From: a virus
Taxonomy: Duplodnaviria; Caudoviricetes
Direction: 5' to 3' (one strand)
DNA: 54,292 nucleotides
IMG/VR virus record: IMGVR_UViG_3300046336_000175
Coordinates: 1-54,292 of that record
Below, one piece after another: positions 28,723 through 38,441 of the stretch. The position numbers and the translations under genes are program-made. The number at the start of each line of letters is the position of its first letter. The stretch's first letter is position 1. The notes beneath the pieces are model-generated. The model saw only the letters and a program-made list of their open reading frames with translations. It did no database searches and had not been told where the DNA came from.

Positions 28723-28761
28723 AATTACCTACGAATTTAGTAGGTGTTGCACCTAATACTA

Positions 28762-29589
28762 TTAGGCTGCCCGGCCGGCGGCGATGCCGGCTGCAAACAA
28801 TGCTGCCAGACCTGTACAGTCCATCGCCTCAATTGCATTCAATTTATCTTCAATGCCAGTCAAGCGGCCGTGATGACCATTGTGGCGGGTTGTTTCCCGA
28901 TCGTCCAGTACTGCGATGGTGTTGTTAATGGTAACAACATCAGCGGCAACGGCCGCTGCTGCGGCCAAAGCAGCAGCAGCGCTAGCGCTAGCGCTAGCGC
29001 TAGCGGCAGTTGCAGCAGCGATATCACCAGCCAGGATTGCAAGCTGAGTTTGGATACCAGCGACTTGCGTCGCTGTACCTGCATCAGTAGCTTGCAAATT
29101 TGTTACAGCGGTCTGCAGTGCAGAGATCTCTGTAGCAATAGCGGCGCAATCACAACCGCCTGAACCACCAGCCGCTTCGAGAGCCGCCAGTTGCGTGGTC
29201 AAGCTTGTGATAGTACCATTGATTGTGTTGATTTGGTCAGCAAGTGCTGATTCGGCGGCTTGTGCACGTGCAACTTCTGCAGACAGAGAGGCATCGATCT
29301 GGTTGATGATGACTGTCAGGTTCTGCACAACATCACTGGATTCCAGTGTAGTAATACGGGTACCTAGATCTGTCAACTGCGCAATCAATGACGCTGCATT
29401 GAACTGTACACCAGCAGTTTCTGGATCAGTGTCCAACAAGCTGTTGATTTGTGCAATTGCAGCATTAATTGCAGTCAAGTCGACATTTTGCATGCCAACC
29501 AATGCACTGATTTCAGCTTTGATAGCCTCACCAGTTGCGATACCAAACTGTGTACTCACGCACTCTAAGATTGTTTGTAGATTACTCAT
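28762..29589 (-). CDS. Ala-rich coiled-coil virion fibre-like protein
   Basis: Heptad pattern, AEVARAQAAE motif, AAGGA RBS, upstream TAAATA. Confidence 0.7.
   Translation of the reverse strand: MSNLQTILECVSTQFGIATGEAIKAEISALVGMQNVDLTAINAAIAQINSLLDTDPETAGVQFNAASLIAQLTDLGTRITTLESSDVVQNLTVIINQIDASLSAEVARAQAAESALADQINTINGTITSLTTQLAALEAAGGSGGCDCAAIATEISALQTAVTNLQATDAGTATQVAGIQTQLAILAGDIAAATAASASASASAAAALAAAAAVAADVVTINNTIAVLDDRETTRHNGHHGRLTGIEDKLNAIEAMDCTGLAALFAAGIAAGRAA
28980..29005. repeat. (GCTAGC)4 palindromic microsatellite
   Basis: C-GCTAGC x4-G, 26-bp perfect palindrome encoding ASASASAS. Confidence 0.85.
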
Positions 29590-29699
29590 TCTTTATTTCC
29601 TTTAAAAATTAACTCTATAAAAATACCATTGTGAAGTGCGCAACCATTACTCACTTCACTCTCCCAAGGTGAACATTTTACTCATCCCCATTCTATTTA

Positions 29700-29882
29700 C
29701 TATCCAGGTGGATTTTGAGGAGGTGTTAAAATTGATTCTAACATCTCCAGGCGACTAAGGAGAGCACTAACCTCGTCGTGGACCTGAGCCCGCATTGCCT
29801 CACGAATTTGTACCCCCATCGATGAAAATACGGTAGCGAGTTGCTCATTGAACTCAGTTGGATTTTGTAAATTTAAACTCAT
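29700..29882 (-). CDS. small hypothetical protein
   Basis: ATGA overlap with upstream gene. Confidence 0.6.
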   Translation of the reverse strand: MSLNLQNPTEFNEQLATVFSSMGVQIREAMRAQVHDEVSALLSRLEMLESILTPPQNPPG

Positions 29883-30292
29883 GTTACTGTCTCCGTAATT
29901 TGAAGAAGACGTTGATTGCCTGAATATGTAAAATCTTTCGTCTTTGTGCTACCATTAACAACTTGAACCAGGCGCGACAAATTCCCACTAGCATATGTAA
30001 ACGCCTTTGTACTACCATTTGCGTATGCGATACTACCCAGAGAACCATCAGGGTTGTAGTTGAATACCGGACCTTTCTGAGGACCATCGGATTGACGAGC
30101 AATTGATTCCCACTTAGTGTCAAATATTTCAAATACTGCAAGTGTATCGTTGTAACGAATATCGCCTTTTACCGGTACAGCTGGCCGTTGTACCGTTGTA
30201 CCGACAGGTAACCTAACCGCCGCCCCAGTGGTTGTGATCACGCCGGTACTCAGCGTTGGTGATATCGTATCTAAGCTGTGATCAAAATCCAT
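29879..30292 (-). CDS. short tail-associated protein with shared N-terminal module
   Basis: MDFDH..LPVGTTVQRP..GDIRYN module as in the two neighbouring fibres. Confidence 0.75.
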   Translation of the reverse strand: MDFDHSLDTISPTLSTGVITTTGAAVRLPVGTTVQRPAVPVKGDIRYNDTLAVFEIFDTKWESIARQSDGPQKGPVFNYNPDGSLGSIAYANGSTKAFTYASGNLSRLVQVVNGSTKTKDFTYSGNQRLLQITETVT

Positions 30293-30343
30293 CTAAGACT
30301 CCGTGGGTTAATGTTGGCTGTGAATTAGTATTTAGTCTGATGT

Positions 30344-33169
30344 TTAACACCAGAACCAATTATTTCCATCACTAATCACCGTTCGTTGTACCTGAGGAGC
30401 AACCATCTGACTAGACACCCACTGAATTGAACCAGCAGTAGAGACAAGCGTCACTGCGTTAGCACCTACATTGGAAATACGATACAACTTTCCTGTGTTA
30501 GATGATGCGGCTGGGAGTGTAATAGTTTCACCGATTCCAACGTCGACTAGTAGTGTGTTATCAGTCGACAGCGCGCTGTAACTTGTATTGGTGTACCTCA
30601 CAGCTGCTGTGTTGGCAGCATTTGCTATCAGCGGATTCACCCACTCTTGTAGGGCTAGTGTTCCAGAAGCGTCAGGAATTGTGATGTACCGCTGGGCCGT
30701 AGCATTAGCGAACAGCTGGGTGTCGAAGCCACCATATCCCTTGAAGTGCATCACACCAAACATGTACACATTATCTGTGTTGAAGTCTATCCTTCGGCCA
30801 TCCCCCGTAGCTTTAAATAGACTTCCACCTTTGCCGTCGAATATATGGAATGACCTCCAATATGGAAAACTATACACGTTCGTAGTAGCATCGTACCCTG
30901 AATTGTAATTGATCGCAATTTCTGCAGTGTCTCCGGGATCTCCCTCACCGCCAGTAAATCCGATCTGGTTTGCGCCAGCTGTGATATTACCGAATTGCAA
31001 TTTGGAATAAAACAGAGCGGTCCGGGTGACACCAAAAATCTTCATTGCTGATAGCCCCTTACCATTGAAAATAGTAAAGTCGCGGTAATACGGAAATGGA
31101 TCTGCACCTGAGTATGATGAAGAATAGTTGAATGTTAGTCCTGCATTCGCAGCGGTTGCTTTATCATTGATATCTGCACCTGAAAAATCAACCTGAGCAA
31201 CTTTAGCTCCATTGACAAATTCCCATCTCCCAGTGATAATCTCCGCCGCCGCTGCTGATAATCCTCCACCTCCACCACCCGCCACTGTTCCTGGCGCCCA
31301 GACCCCAGACGTTGAATTGTATACGAGAGCTTGACCGGTCGTTGGTGGAACACTGATTGTATCAACATCACTGAGTGAATTGATTGACGCATCGGTCAGG
31401 TCCATTGTCGTTGGACTATTATCTAAAACCTCAAAAATGATGTCGTCAATGTAAACATCAGCAGCAACTGTTGATTCAAATGAGACGTATACTCGTGATG
31501 TGCCAATTGGTGCACGAGAATATGGGCGGATACTTTCAATCGCCCACACTCCACCAACTTCAGCGGACGTATAATTATACACAAAAGTGCGAGATGCTAC
31601 ACTACCATCAAAACCAAAAGCGGAAGCGTACCCGACTGTTACAATGAGGTTGCTCCCGGATGGGATGCCGCCCTTGACTTTAAAACTGATTGTTGGCTTA
31701 GCCCCTGGAGAAGCGAGGAATGATTTGTACATCTTACTCGATGATGTTCCGCCACTATTCGCCTGGAGCCGGACTGATTTAGTTCCTGTTGCGGATTCTG
31801 TTGTTGTAATTACAGGTAGATTGTACCCTGACCCTGATGTTAGCTGCCACTCACTCAACCCATTGGAGCTCTCAAATGATCCATTTGCAAGTAAATTATT
31901 CCGGTCCACGTGAACGTGAACTCGCTTGTTTGCTACTGAATATCGTCCGCCGTCAAATGATGGTACATTAGTCAGATATACCGCACCCTTAAACAGTGTT
32001 TGGAGAGTATATTCTCCAGATGGAGTGAATGAAATGTGGCTGTTGACAAAGAAAATGCCTGCGTCAGCTGAGCCAGTGTCTGATCCATCTGCAGCATCAT
32101 CTGCAACTCCCATATAAACACTGACAGGCTCATTTACGACAATGATGGTGTTGCTGAAGCAGATGCGTGAATTAGAGTCCCGGGCGGCAAACCACGGTTT
32201 GAGATTGGGGTTGTTGATACTTTCTACATGAGAATCAGTTACATATACTGAACCACCAAATTCTGTTACAATAGCTTCTTCTGTAAAATAATCGAATGAA
32301 CAATTGCTTAGTGATATGTTTCCTGATACAGCCTTTACTAGGGTATGGCTGTTGAATAACACACAATTTGTAAATCCAATCCGTTCACCTGAATCTTCTA
32401 GATTAATACCACTATACAATACAGCAGTATTTCCGTTATGCAAAGCACACGAGTCAATCTTTTGGACATATGAGTGGTCGCCAAAATTGATTAGCACATC
32501 AAAACCTGACACCGAGCAGTTTTGTAGTGATGCGTGTGCTCCAGTATTAGCCAGACCTACACCAAATTGCACACCGGTTAATCCAGTGGGACGAGGTTGT
32601 CCATAGTTAGATCCTTTGATGTTGAGGCCATGTATACAGTGAACCGCCGAATCCCATAGAGGATAGTAGTTATGAGGTGTGACGACGCTAAACGCAATTG
32701 TGACACCTGGATTAGTATTAGAAAAATCTAACTTGGCACCATTACCGACAATGGAATGGCTACCGTAGTCGTGTACTAATCCCACTTCAATCAAGTATGT
32801 GTACGGAGAAAATATTAACGTTGCATGTGAGGTCGCGCACGCGGTGAGAGCGGCTTGTACATAAGATCCTACAGGTGTGGTATTAGTCCCTGCAACGATT
32901 GTGGCCCAGACGCCTGTTGGGATGAAATCTGAAATTAGGACCGACGAACCAGTAACTAATTGGTCATATGTTTGACCGAAGCTAGTCCAGGTAGTCCCAT
33001 TGTTAAATTCAAGCAAATCATCATCAGTACTATATCGGATGGTACCAATTGAATTTGGCGGGCGTGTTGATGATGCACCTGACGGAATAATCAGGCCATC
33101 ACCCCCAACTTCTAGTACATTTTCTGCTACATTGGGGGTTATTTTGTCTATCCGATGATCAAAATTCAT
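30344..33169 (-). CDS. tailspike/tail fibre with beta-helix and carbohydrate-binding-like domains
   Basis: Shared N-module, beta-helix-like region, NLLANGSFE..VYIDDI CBM-like block, LSDVD..GQALVY linker. Confidence 0.75.
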   Translation of the reverse strand: MNFDHRIDKITPNVAENVLEVGGDGLIIPSGASSTRPPNSIGTIRYSTDDDLLEFNNGTTWTSFGQTYDQLVTGSSVLISDFIPTGVWATIVAGTNTTPVGSYVQAALTACATSHATLIFSPYTYLIEVGLVHDYGSHSIVGNGAKLDFSNTNPGVTIAFSVVTPHNYYPLWDSAVHCIHGLNIKGSNYGQPRPTGLTGVQFGVGLANTGAHASLQNCSVSGFDVLINFGDHSYVQKIDSCALHNGNTAVLYSGINLEDSGERIGFTNCVLFNSHTLVKAVSGNISLSNCSFDYFTEEAIVTEFGGSVYVTDSHVESINNPNLKPWFAARDSNSRICFSNTIIVVNEPVSVYMGVADDAADGSDTGSADAGIFFVNSHISFTPSGEYTLQTLFKGAVYLTNVPSFDGGRYSVANKRVHVHVDRNNLLANGSFESSNGLSEWQLTSGSGYNLPVITTTESATGTKSVRLQANSGGTSSSKMYKSFLASPGAKPTISFKVKGGIPSGSNLIVTVGYASAFGFDGSVASRTFVYNYTSAEVGGVWAIESIRPYSRAPIGTSRVYVSFESTVAADVYIDDIIFEVLDNSPTTMDLTDASINSLSDVDTISVPPTTGQALVYNSTSGVWAPGTVAGGGGGGLSAAAAEIITGRWEFVNGAKVAQVDFSGADINDKATAANAGLTFNYSSSYSGADPFPYYRDFTIFNGKGLSAMKIFGVTRTALFYSKLQFGNITAGANQIGFTGGEGDPGDTAEIAINYNSGYDATTNVYSFPYWRSFHIFDGKGGSLFKATGDGRRIDFNTDNVYMFGVMHFKGYGGFDTQLFANATAQRYITIPDASGTLALQEWVNPLIANAANTAAVRYTNTSYSALSTDNTLLVDVGIGETITLPAASSNTGKLYRISNVGANAVTLVSTAGSIQWVSSQMVAPQVQRTVISDGNNWFWC

Positions 33170-33221
33170 ATATTATTGGAGTCTCGTTCGCGTGCTATTG
33201 TAACCAGAGCAGCGTGTGGTT

Positions 33222-33229
33222 TATTTATA
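33222..33229 (-). promoter_or_regulatory. T4-type late promoter TATAAATA
   Basis: Exact consensus between terminator and tailspike gene. Confidence 0.7.
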
Positions 33230-33244
33230 TACTAGAGCCCAACG

Positions 33245-33273
33245 AAAAAAGGATTCCCGAGAGAATCCTTTTT
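33245..33273 (-). terminator. intrinsic terminator
   Basis: A6-GGATTC-CCGAGA-GAATCC-T5. Confidence 0.85.
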
Positions 33274-33312
33274 ATATTATCCGATGGCTCTAGTAAGCCA
33301 TCCTGGGTTTAG

Positions 33313-35871
33313 TTAAGGGTGAAATACTTCAACTGTTTGTAGTCGCCCGACCCAACGAATCGTCTTACCAACTTGGCCACCAACAGCGATTTTCAGCGCA
33401 CCATTTGTAGTATCTGCAACCACATCACAAGCCCATTGAGGGTTTGTCTCAGCAACAATTACTTTAGACACAGAACCAGTGATAGTTGTAGAAGCTGCTC
33501 CAACGTCCCGGCGGATTGAACCAGTGAAAGTATAAGATGCGGATCCACCCGTTGCGTCAGTGCGCATTGCAATCAACGACAACTCGAATGTGACAGCACT
33601 ATGATCCAACAGGGCAAATTGAGTAGTAACACCATCTAAGAACAATTCAGTAGTGGTGTCGTCTGTCGTGATATTTCGTACAACATACTGTCCGCATTGA
33701 GCATCGCCTGCATTTGTGAATGACCCATTTGCGTACACACTTCCGCCCTCCAGTCGAGAATTGGTGCCAGGCCCCATCGCAGATGAGTTTGTAGCTACTG
33801 CTTGAGAACCAGTTCCCAGCGCAAAAGCGTTGCTACCAGTAGCAACTGGTGCAGTAGAACTAACTGCATTCTCACGATACAATTGAATTGGTAAATCACT
33901 AGTAGCTAGTGCGCGGAATGTAGGAGCCGCCGCAACCCCAGAGACTGGGCCGACCAACAGTGTGTTTGCTGCTTGTGTCGACAACTCTCCAGTCAGAGTA
34001 CCAGTTGTAGTGACCGGTGAACCTGTTACTGCAAACATACTTGGTAGTTCTAGTGCAACAGAGGTCACACCAGTATTACTAATGACGGGGTTGCCAGCAG
34101 TACCATTTGCATTTGTGATGGAGATTCCACTACCTGCATTTAGTGCACGGGCGGCGTAAGCGCTACCATTACGTACAACCAGACCATCCGACGCGAGTGC
34201 ACTGATCGCTTGCAGTTCGGAACCAAGAGTCAGGTCAATCTGACCCGAGGAAGTGATTGGTGATCCAGACACAGCCAGTCCTGTAGACCCCACCACTGCT
34301 ACACTAGTAACAGAGCCATCGCCCATACCAACGTTCGTCCACGCACCACTTTGACGGACGCGAGCACGATTAGTTGTTGAGTTGTATCGAATCTGACCGT
34401 CTGTAACACCAGTCTCTTGCGCAGAAGTGCCGGTTGGTAGCGTGACACCAACCGAACCCGGCAATACTGCGTCAGGACTCAGCGACACTGTTGGGTTACC
34501 AGCAACGCCATCTCCATTTGTTACGGTGACTTCGTTTGTTGTACCAACTGTGCTCCGAGTAGTCCACGTATCGGTCCCAGTGCGGGTTGCACTGCCTGTA
34601 CCCGTCAGCGCTTCCAGGGCGCTCAGATCATTTGCCAGAGAGATTGTTGGATTGCCGGCAACACCGTCCCCATTGCCAATTGAAATACCAGTAGATGGGC
34701 CAGTCAAGGTTCTGGTAGCCATTGCGCCAGTTGCTGTCTGAGTGACCAGACCTGTTGTTGCTAGTGTGTGCAGGGCACGTAGAGATGAAGTAGCTTCGGT
34801 CTGAATAACTGTACCACTAACTTCGATGCCAGATGCGCCTGAATATGGAGTAGAGGAACCAGTCTGAGCAAAAGTCAGTGAAGTTGTATCTAAAACAATT
34901 GGATCTGTACCAATAATTGAATAACTAGAACCAGCTGACGTACCTTCGGATACGAATGTGGTCATGCCACTAGTAACCTCAGCTGAAGTATCAGCATCAG
35001 ATGCACGTGTGGCTGCGGTCAGTGCACCATTGTATACGTAGATGCCGTTCTGAGCACCATTGGTTTGACCGATTACTAAGAATCGCTCACCGTTAGCCAT
35101 TGTTACACCATCAATCGCAGCTCCAGGAGCAGTCAAATTGATGTTGATACTAGACACAACGCGTACAGACAGTTTATCATCACGGTTGTTGACTGCGGAA
35201 CTGACCAGACTCTGAACTTGTTGTAATGTTGTCGCCTGTAAACCACTCGCTGCATCCCCTGATAGTGTCAGTGTACCGGTCATAGTATCACCAGCAACAT
35301 TTACTGGTACATAACCCAGGGCGCTTGATACATCAGAAGCTAACACCGCTGTAGTTGCTGTGATGCGACCTTGATCATCCGTAGTGACCTTGACTAGACT
35401 AGCGGTCACGGGGGTGCCGATGGCGGGCAAATTGATTGTAGGATTACCAGCAATGCCATCACCATCAGTCACAGTGACATTACCAGCAGTACCTGTCAGT
35501 GTACGAGTAGTCCAAGTATTAGTGCCGGTGCGGGTAGCAATACCAGGGGCAGCAAGTGCTTCGACTGCTGCCAAATCATCTGCAAGCGCAAATGTCAAAG
35601 TGCCAGATTCGGTGATCGGACCACCTGAAATTGTCAAACCAGCCGCTGGGGCGGCGGCGGCAACTGAGGTTACAGTACCGACATTGTGCCAGACTGTATC
35701 AAATTCTTCAAACAACTGAGTATCGGTGTTAAAACGCATAGAACCGGCTGTTGGAGCAACTGGTCGCTGGGCTGTTGTACCTGCAGGCAGGGTCAATACA
35801 CCAGTAGCATCAACAATCAGACTGTCGGTGTTCTTGGGCGTGATCTTTTCTAGGTCGAAATCGAAATTCAT
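33313..35871 (-). CDS. tail fibre protein with internal repeats
   Basis: Four ..TRTLTG..GDGxAGNPT-like repeats; T/G-rich; GDTMTGTL motif; upstream TAAATA. Confidence 0.8.
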   Translation of the reverse strand: MNFDFDLEKITPKNTDSLIVDATGVLTLPAGTTAQRPVAPTAGSMRFNTDTQLFEEFDTVWHNVGTVTSVAAAAPAAGLTISGGPITESGTLTFALADDLAAVEALAAPGIATRTGTNTWTTRTLTGTAGNVTVTDGDGIAGNPTINLPAIGTPVTASLVKVTTDDQGRITATTAVLASDVSSALGYVPVNVAGDTMTGTLTLSGDAASGLQATTLQQVQSLVSSAVNNRDDKLSVRVVSSININLTAPGAAIDGVTMANGERFLVIGQTNGAQNGIYVYNGALTAATRASDADTSAEVTSGMTTFVSEGTSAGSSYSIIGTDPIVLDTTSLTFAQTGSSTPYSGASGIEVSGTVIQTEATSSLRALHTLATTGLVTQTATGAMATRTLTGPSTGISIGNGDGVAGNPTISLANDLSALEALTGTGSATRTGTDTWTTRSTVGTTNEVTVTNGDGVAGNPTVSLSPDAVLPGSVGVTLPTGTSAQETGVTDGQIRYNSTTNRARVRQSGAWTNVGMGDGSVTSVAVVGSTGLAVSGSPITSSGQIDLTLGSELQAISALASDGLVVRNGSAYAARALNAGSGISITNANGTAGNPVISNTGVTSVALELPSMFAVTGSPVTTTGTLTGELSTQAANTLLVGPVSGVAAAPTFRALATSDLPIQLYRENAVSSTAPVATGSNAFALGTGSQAVATNSSAMGPGTNSRLEGGSVYANGSFTNAGDAQCGQYVVRNITTDDTTTELFLDGVTTQFALLDHSAVTFELSLIAMRTDATGGSASYTFTGSIRRDVGAASTTITGSVSKVIVAETNPQWACDVVADTTNGALKIAVGGQVGKTIRWVGRLQTVEVFHP

Positions 35872-35929
35872 CTTGGATGGTCTTTTCTATAGGGTTAAAA
35901 TTAAAGGCTTACTATTTAGCATGACTAAA

Positions 35930-37474
35930 TTACTTGACTTCCGCTGTCTTGATGTTGGCGACCCAGTGGATCACCTCACCTGATACTCCACGAGCTTTGA
36001 CTTGTAGAGCACCAGAGAATGTGTTTACGCTGAGTGTAACGTCCCAGGACACATTGCTTCTCGAGATTACGGATATACTTGGTGTCCCGACGAACGTCAG
36101 TGTGTTGGCACCAGATTGTTTTGTGATGAGGCCAGCGACAGAGAATCCTGCCGCGCCTCCTGAAGTTTGGCTACGTCCGACTACCAGACCTTCGAATACC
36201 ATCGTAGTATTATCTGAAATCAGCATTGATTCTGATACGCCATCAAGGTACAACGTAAGAGGAGTAGCATTGGTGGTAATGTTCCGAAACACATAACTGC
36301 CAGCTTGAGCATCACCTAATCCAGAAAATACACCTGATGCTTGAGTAATCGAGCCTTGGCTAGTAGTAACAGCACCTACACCAAGAGCCAGCGAATCCGC
36401 TGCACTTGCTATTGGAAAGTTTGCTGTAGATGTGACATTTGTAGATATGATAGGAGACGGTGTGTTCCCACCAGAACTAATTGGTGGGGTAGCGGTGCCA
36501 CTCGTCACCCCGATGATGATAGAATTGCGGCTGGTCGTCTTGCCGATTGGCAATTTCAGTGGAGCTTGTGCTGGGTCGCTAGTGGTAATAACTCCAAGTG
36601 ATCCTACCCACACCGAAGCACCTGTTGCTGAGAAATTCCAACCTGGGTAACTAACGAGGCCAGAAATGATCACATTAGTGCTCTGACCGAGTGCAACATT
36701 CTCTGTCACGATACCCAGTTGGTACGCTCCAATATCTGCATAGCTTGCAGGTGACAATTCACCATCAATGTCTACCTTCACATATGTGTATGCAGTCAGT
36801 GGAGCAGTTGCAGTGCCCGGAATGATAATGTTATTTTTGTGATTGAAATTCGAATCAATATACAAAGATTCGATTGGGTAGTACTCCTGTTGGAGTGAGT
36901 CCATCAATACTGTGTCGTCCCGGAGCGTGTTCGTATCAACATACAATTTGATAGTACTAAGCGTATCGTGGGTGTATACAATTCCTGCTGAAGATCCAAA
37001 CGCCTCATTAGTAACTGCCGCATTAGGTTCGAATGTACCCAGAACTAGAGCAAGAACGGTGACCCATTGGACCCCACTCCAGCGAGACATTATGTTGGAG
37101 CTTGTGTTGAACCACAACTGTCCTGATAGTGCTGCAGGTGGGGTAGTTGAGTACACCGGTTGTTTATCGGTAGTGTTATATGAAATCTCACGTGAGATCA
37201 GATCATATTGTTGATAAATCCAATACCGAGTCCCGACGGGATTTGGGGTGGATGTGCCAAATGAACACACAGCCTTGTGTACAGCGTCTACATTTAATAA
37301 TACTTCGTTCTGACCAAATGCAAGGGTTGTGATGACGGGGATGAGATATTCACCAACAATATCAACATCATACCTACCAGGGAATGCCGTGTTTTTGGTT
37401 ACTCTTAGAAACGTTGGTTTCTTGTTTGTATCGTAGGGGGAGAGTATAATACCCTGGCGGAAAGCGGTGTGCAT
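35930..37474 (-). CDS. virion structural protein sharing its C-terminal domain with the downstream fibre
   Basis: GDAQ.G.YV.RNITT..L.LDGV..W C-terminus as in 33313-35871; upstream TAAATA. Confidence 0.75.
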   Translation of the reverse strand: MHTAFRQGIILSPYDTNKKPTFLRVTKNTAFPGRYDVDIVGEYLIPVITTLAFGQNEVLLNVDAVHKAVCSFGTSTPNPVGTRYWIYQQYDLISREISYNTTDKQPVYSTTPPAALSGQLWFNTSSNIMSRWSGVQWVTVLALVLGTFEPNAAVTNEAFGSSAGIVYTHDTLSTIKLYVDTNTLRDDTVLMDSLQQEYYPIESLYIDSNFNHKNNIIIPGTATAPLTAYTYVKVDIDGELSPASYADIGAYQLGIVTENVALGQSTNVIISGLVSYPGWNFSATGASVWVGSLGVITTSDPAQAPLKLPIGKTTSRNSIIIGVTSGTATPPISSGGNTPSPIISTNVTSTANFPIASAADSLALGVGAVTTSQGSITQASGVFSGLGDAQAGSYVFRNITTNATPLTLYLDGVSESMLISDNTTMVFEGLVVGRSQTSGGAAGFSVAGLITKQSGANTLTFVGTPSISVISRSNVSWDVTLSVNTFSGALQVKARGVSGEVIHWVANIKTAEVK

Positions 37475-37559
37475 AGTGTTAATATTTGCTTCTTATTGTG
37501 TGGTTGCTGAAACTACTTGTGTGTGAATTACTATCCGACAACAAACAAAGTTGTAGTAT

Positions 37560-38156
37560 TTATTCAAATCCATCTGTTGTTGAACTAATATCAGCGAGTA
37601 CGTATTTTGTGAACGCGTCACTCATCTTCTCATCATATTTGTTTGTTTTAAAGGCCGGCCCGTTAAAAAAATAAGAAAAAGTCATCCAATCTTGATCCTG
37701 GATAGCTATCAGGAGCTTCTGGTCACTTAATATAAAATTGATAAAAATTTCCAACTGACTATTTTCATCTGCGCACATTGCATTGAGAAATTCTTGTGGA
37801 GTTTCAAACCCACAACGTTTGAAGTGTTCGCCCATTATTTGAAATGCACCCCAACTGGCTGATCGAATAGCTGCCGGCCGATCGAGTGACAGTGCTGTGT
37901 CCAGGCGGGCTCTTTCGGCTTGCCAACCCTTACCATAATGTACTCGTGTCCACTTAGGGTAACTAATAGTTGGATGAGACTGATCATATTTTCCCTTGGT
38001 GAGTTTGGAAAAATAATGCCCCTCGAAGAGAATTTTGGGGAAGTTGTCTGGACAAAAACCACTGCCTGACGATTCCACGAACGCAACTGCTTGCAGCGCC
38101 GCTGGATGGCACCCCAGTGTTTCTGCACCATCCACAAAATCTTGTTGTGTTAACAT
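37560..38156 (-). CDS. N-acetylmuramidase (DUF3380-type) endolysin
   Basis: AVAFVESSGSGF..PKILFEGHYF, SASWGAFQIMG, FNGP..YD. Confidence 0.85.
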   Translation of the reverse strand: MLTQQDFVDGAETLGCHPAALQAVAFVESSGSGFCPDNFPKILFEGHYFSKLTKGKYDQSHPTISYPKWTRVHYGKGWQAERARLDTALSLDRPAAIRSASWGAFQIMGEHFKRCGFETPQEFLNAMCADENSQLEIFINFILSDQKLLIAIQDQDWMTFSYFFNGPAFKTNKYDEKMSDAFTKYVLADISSTTDGFE

Positions 38157-38183
38157 TGTTTACATCACATATAATTAGATGCA

Positions 38184-38441
38184 CTATTTACTTTTCGGAA
38201 AAATTTTGAACCAGAGGATTACAACAAGGAATAAAAAATTCAACACGTAGTTAGTAATTAGTGGGAGTTGGACCGTAGTGAGGGTAACATATGCCAGCGT
38301 GAGAATCTCACCAATCAACCACAAAAGCAAAAAACCCCAACTTATGCCGTTGGAGTTCTTTTGTCGGTAAGATTGTAGTGCTTGTGGTAGTGCGCAGATA
38401 GCAAAGCAAATGCTACCCACCCACCCAATTAATTCAACCAT
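38184..38441 (-). CDS. PQ-loop/SemiSWEET-like three-TM protein
   Basis: IGWVG..ALPQALQSYRQK..GISW. Confidence 0.8.
   Translation of the reverse strand: MVELIGWVGSICFAICALPQALQSYRQKNSNGISWGFLLLWLIGEILTLAYVTLTTVQLPLITNYVLNFLFLVVILWFKIFPKSK

Noticed and set aside
29631-29659. GTGAAGTG/CACTTCAC hairpin in a late leader as a riboswitch
   Set aside because: Single 8-bp stem without any recognisable aptamer
24877-37214. Many antisense ORFs over the structural genes (and over other long genes)
   Set aside because: Shadow frames of stronger motif-bearing genes; no RBS or recognisable domains
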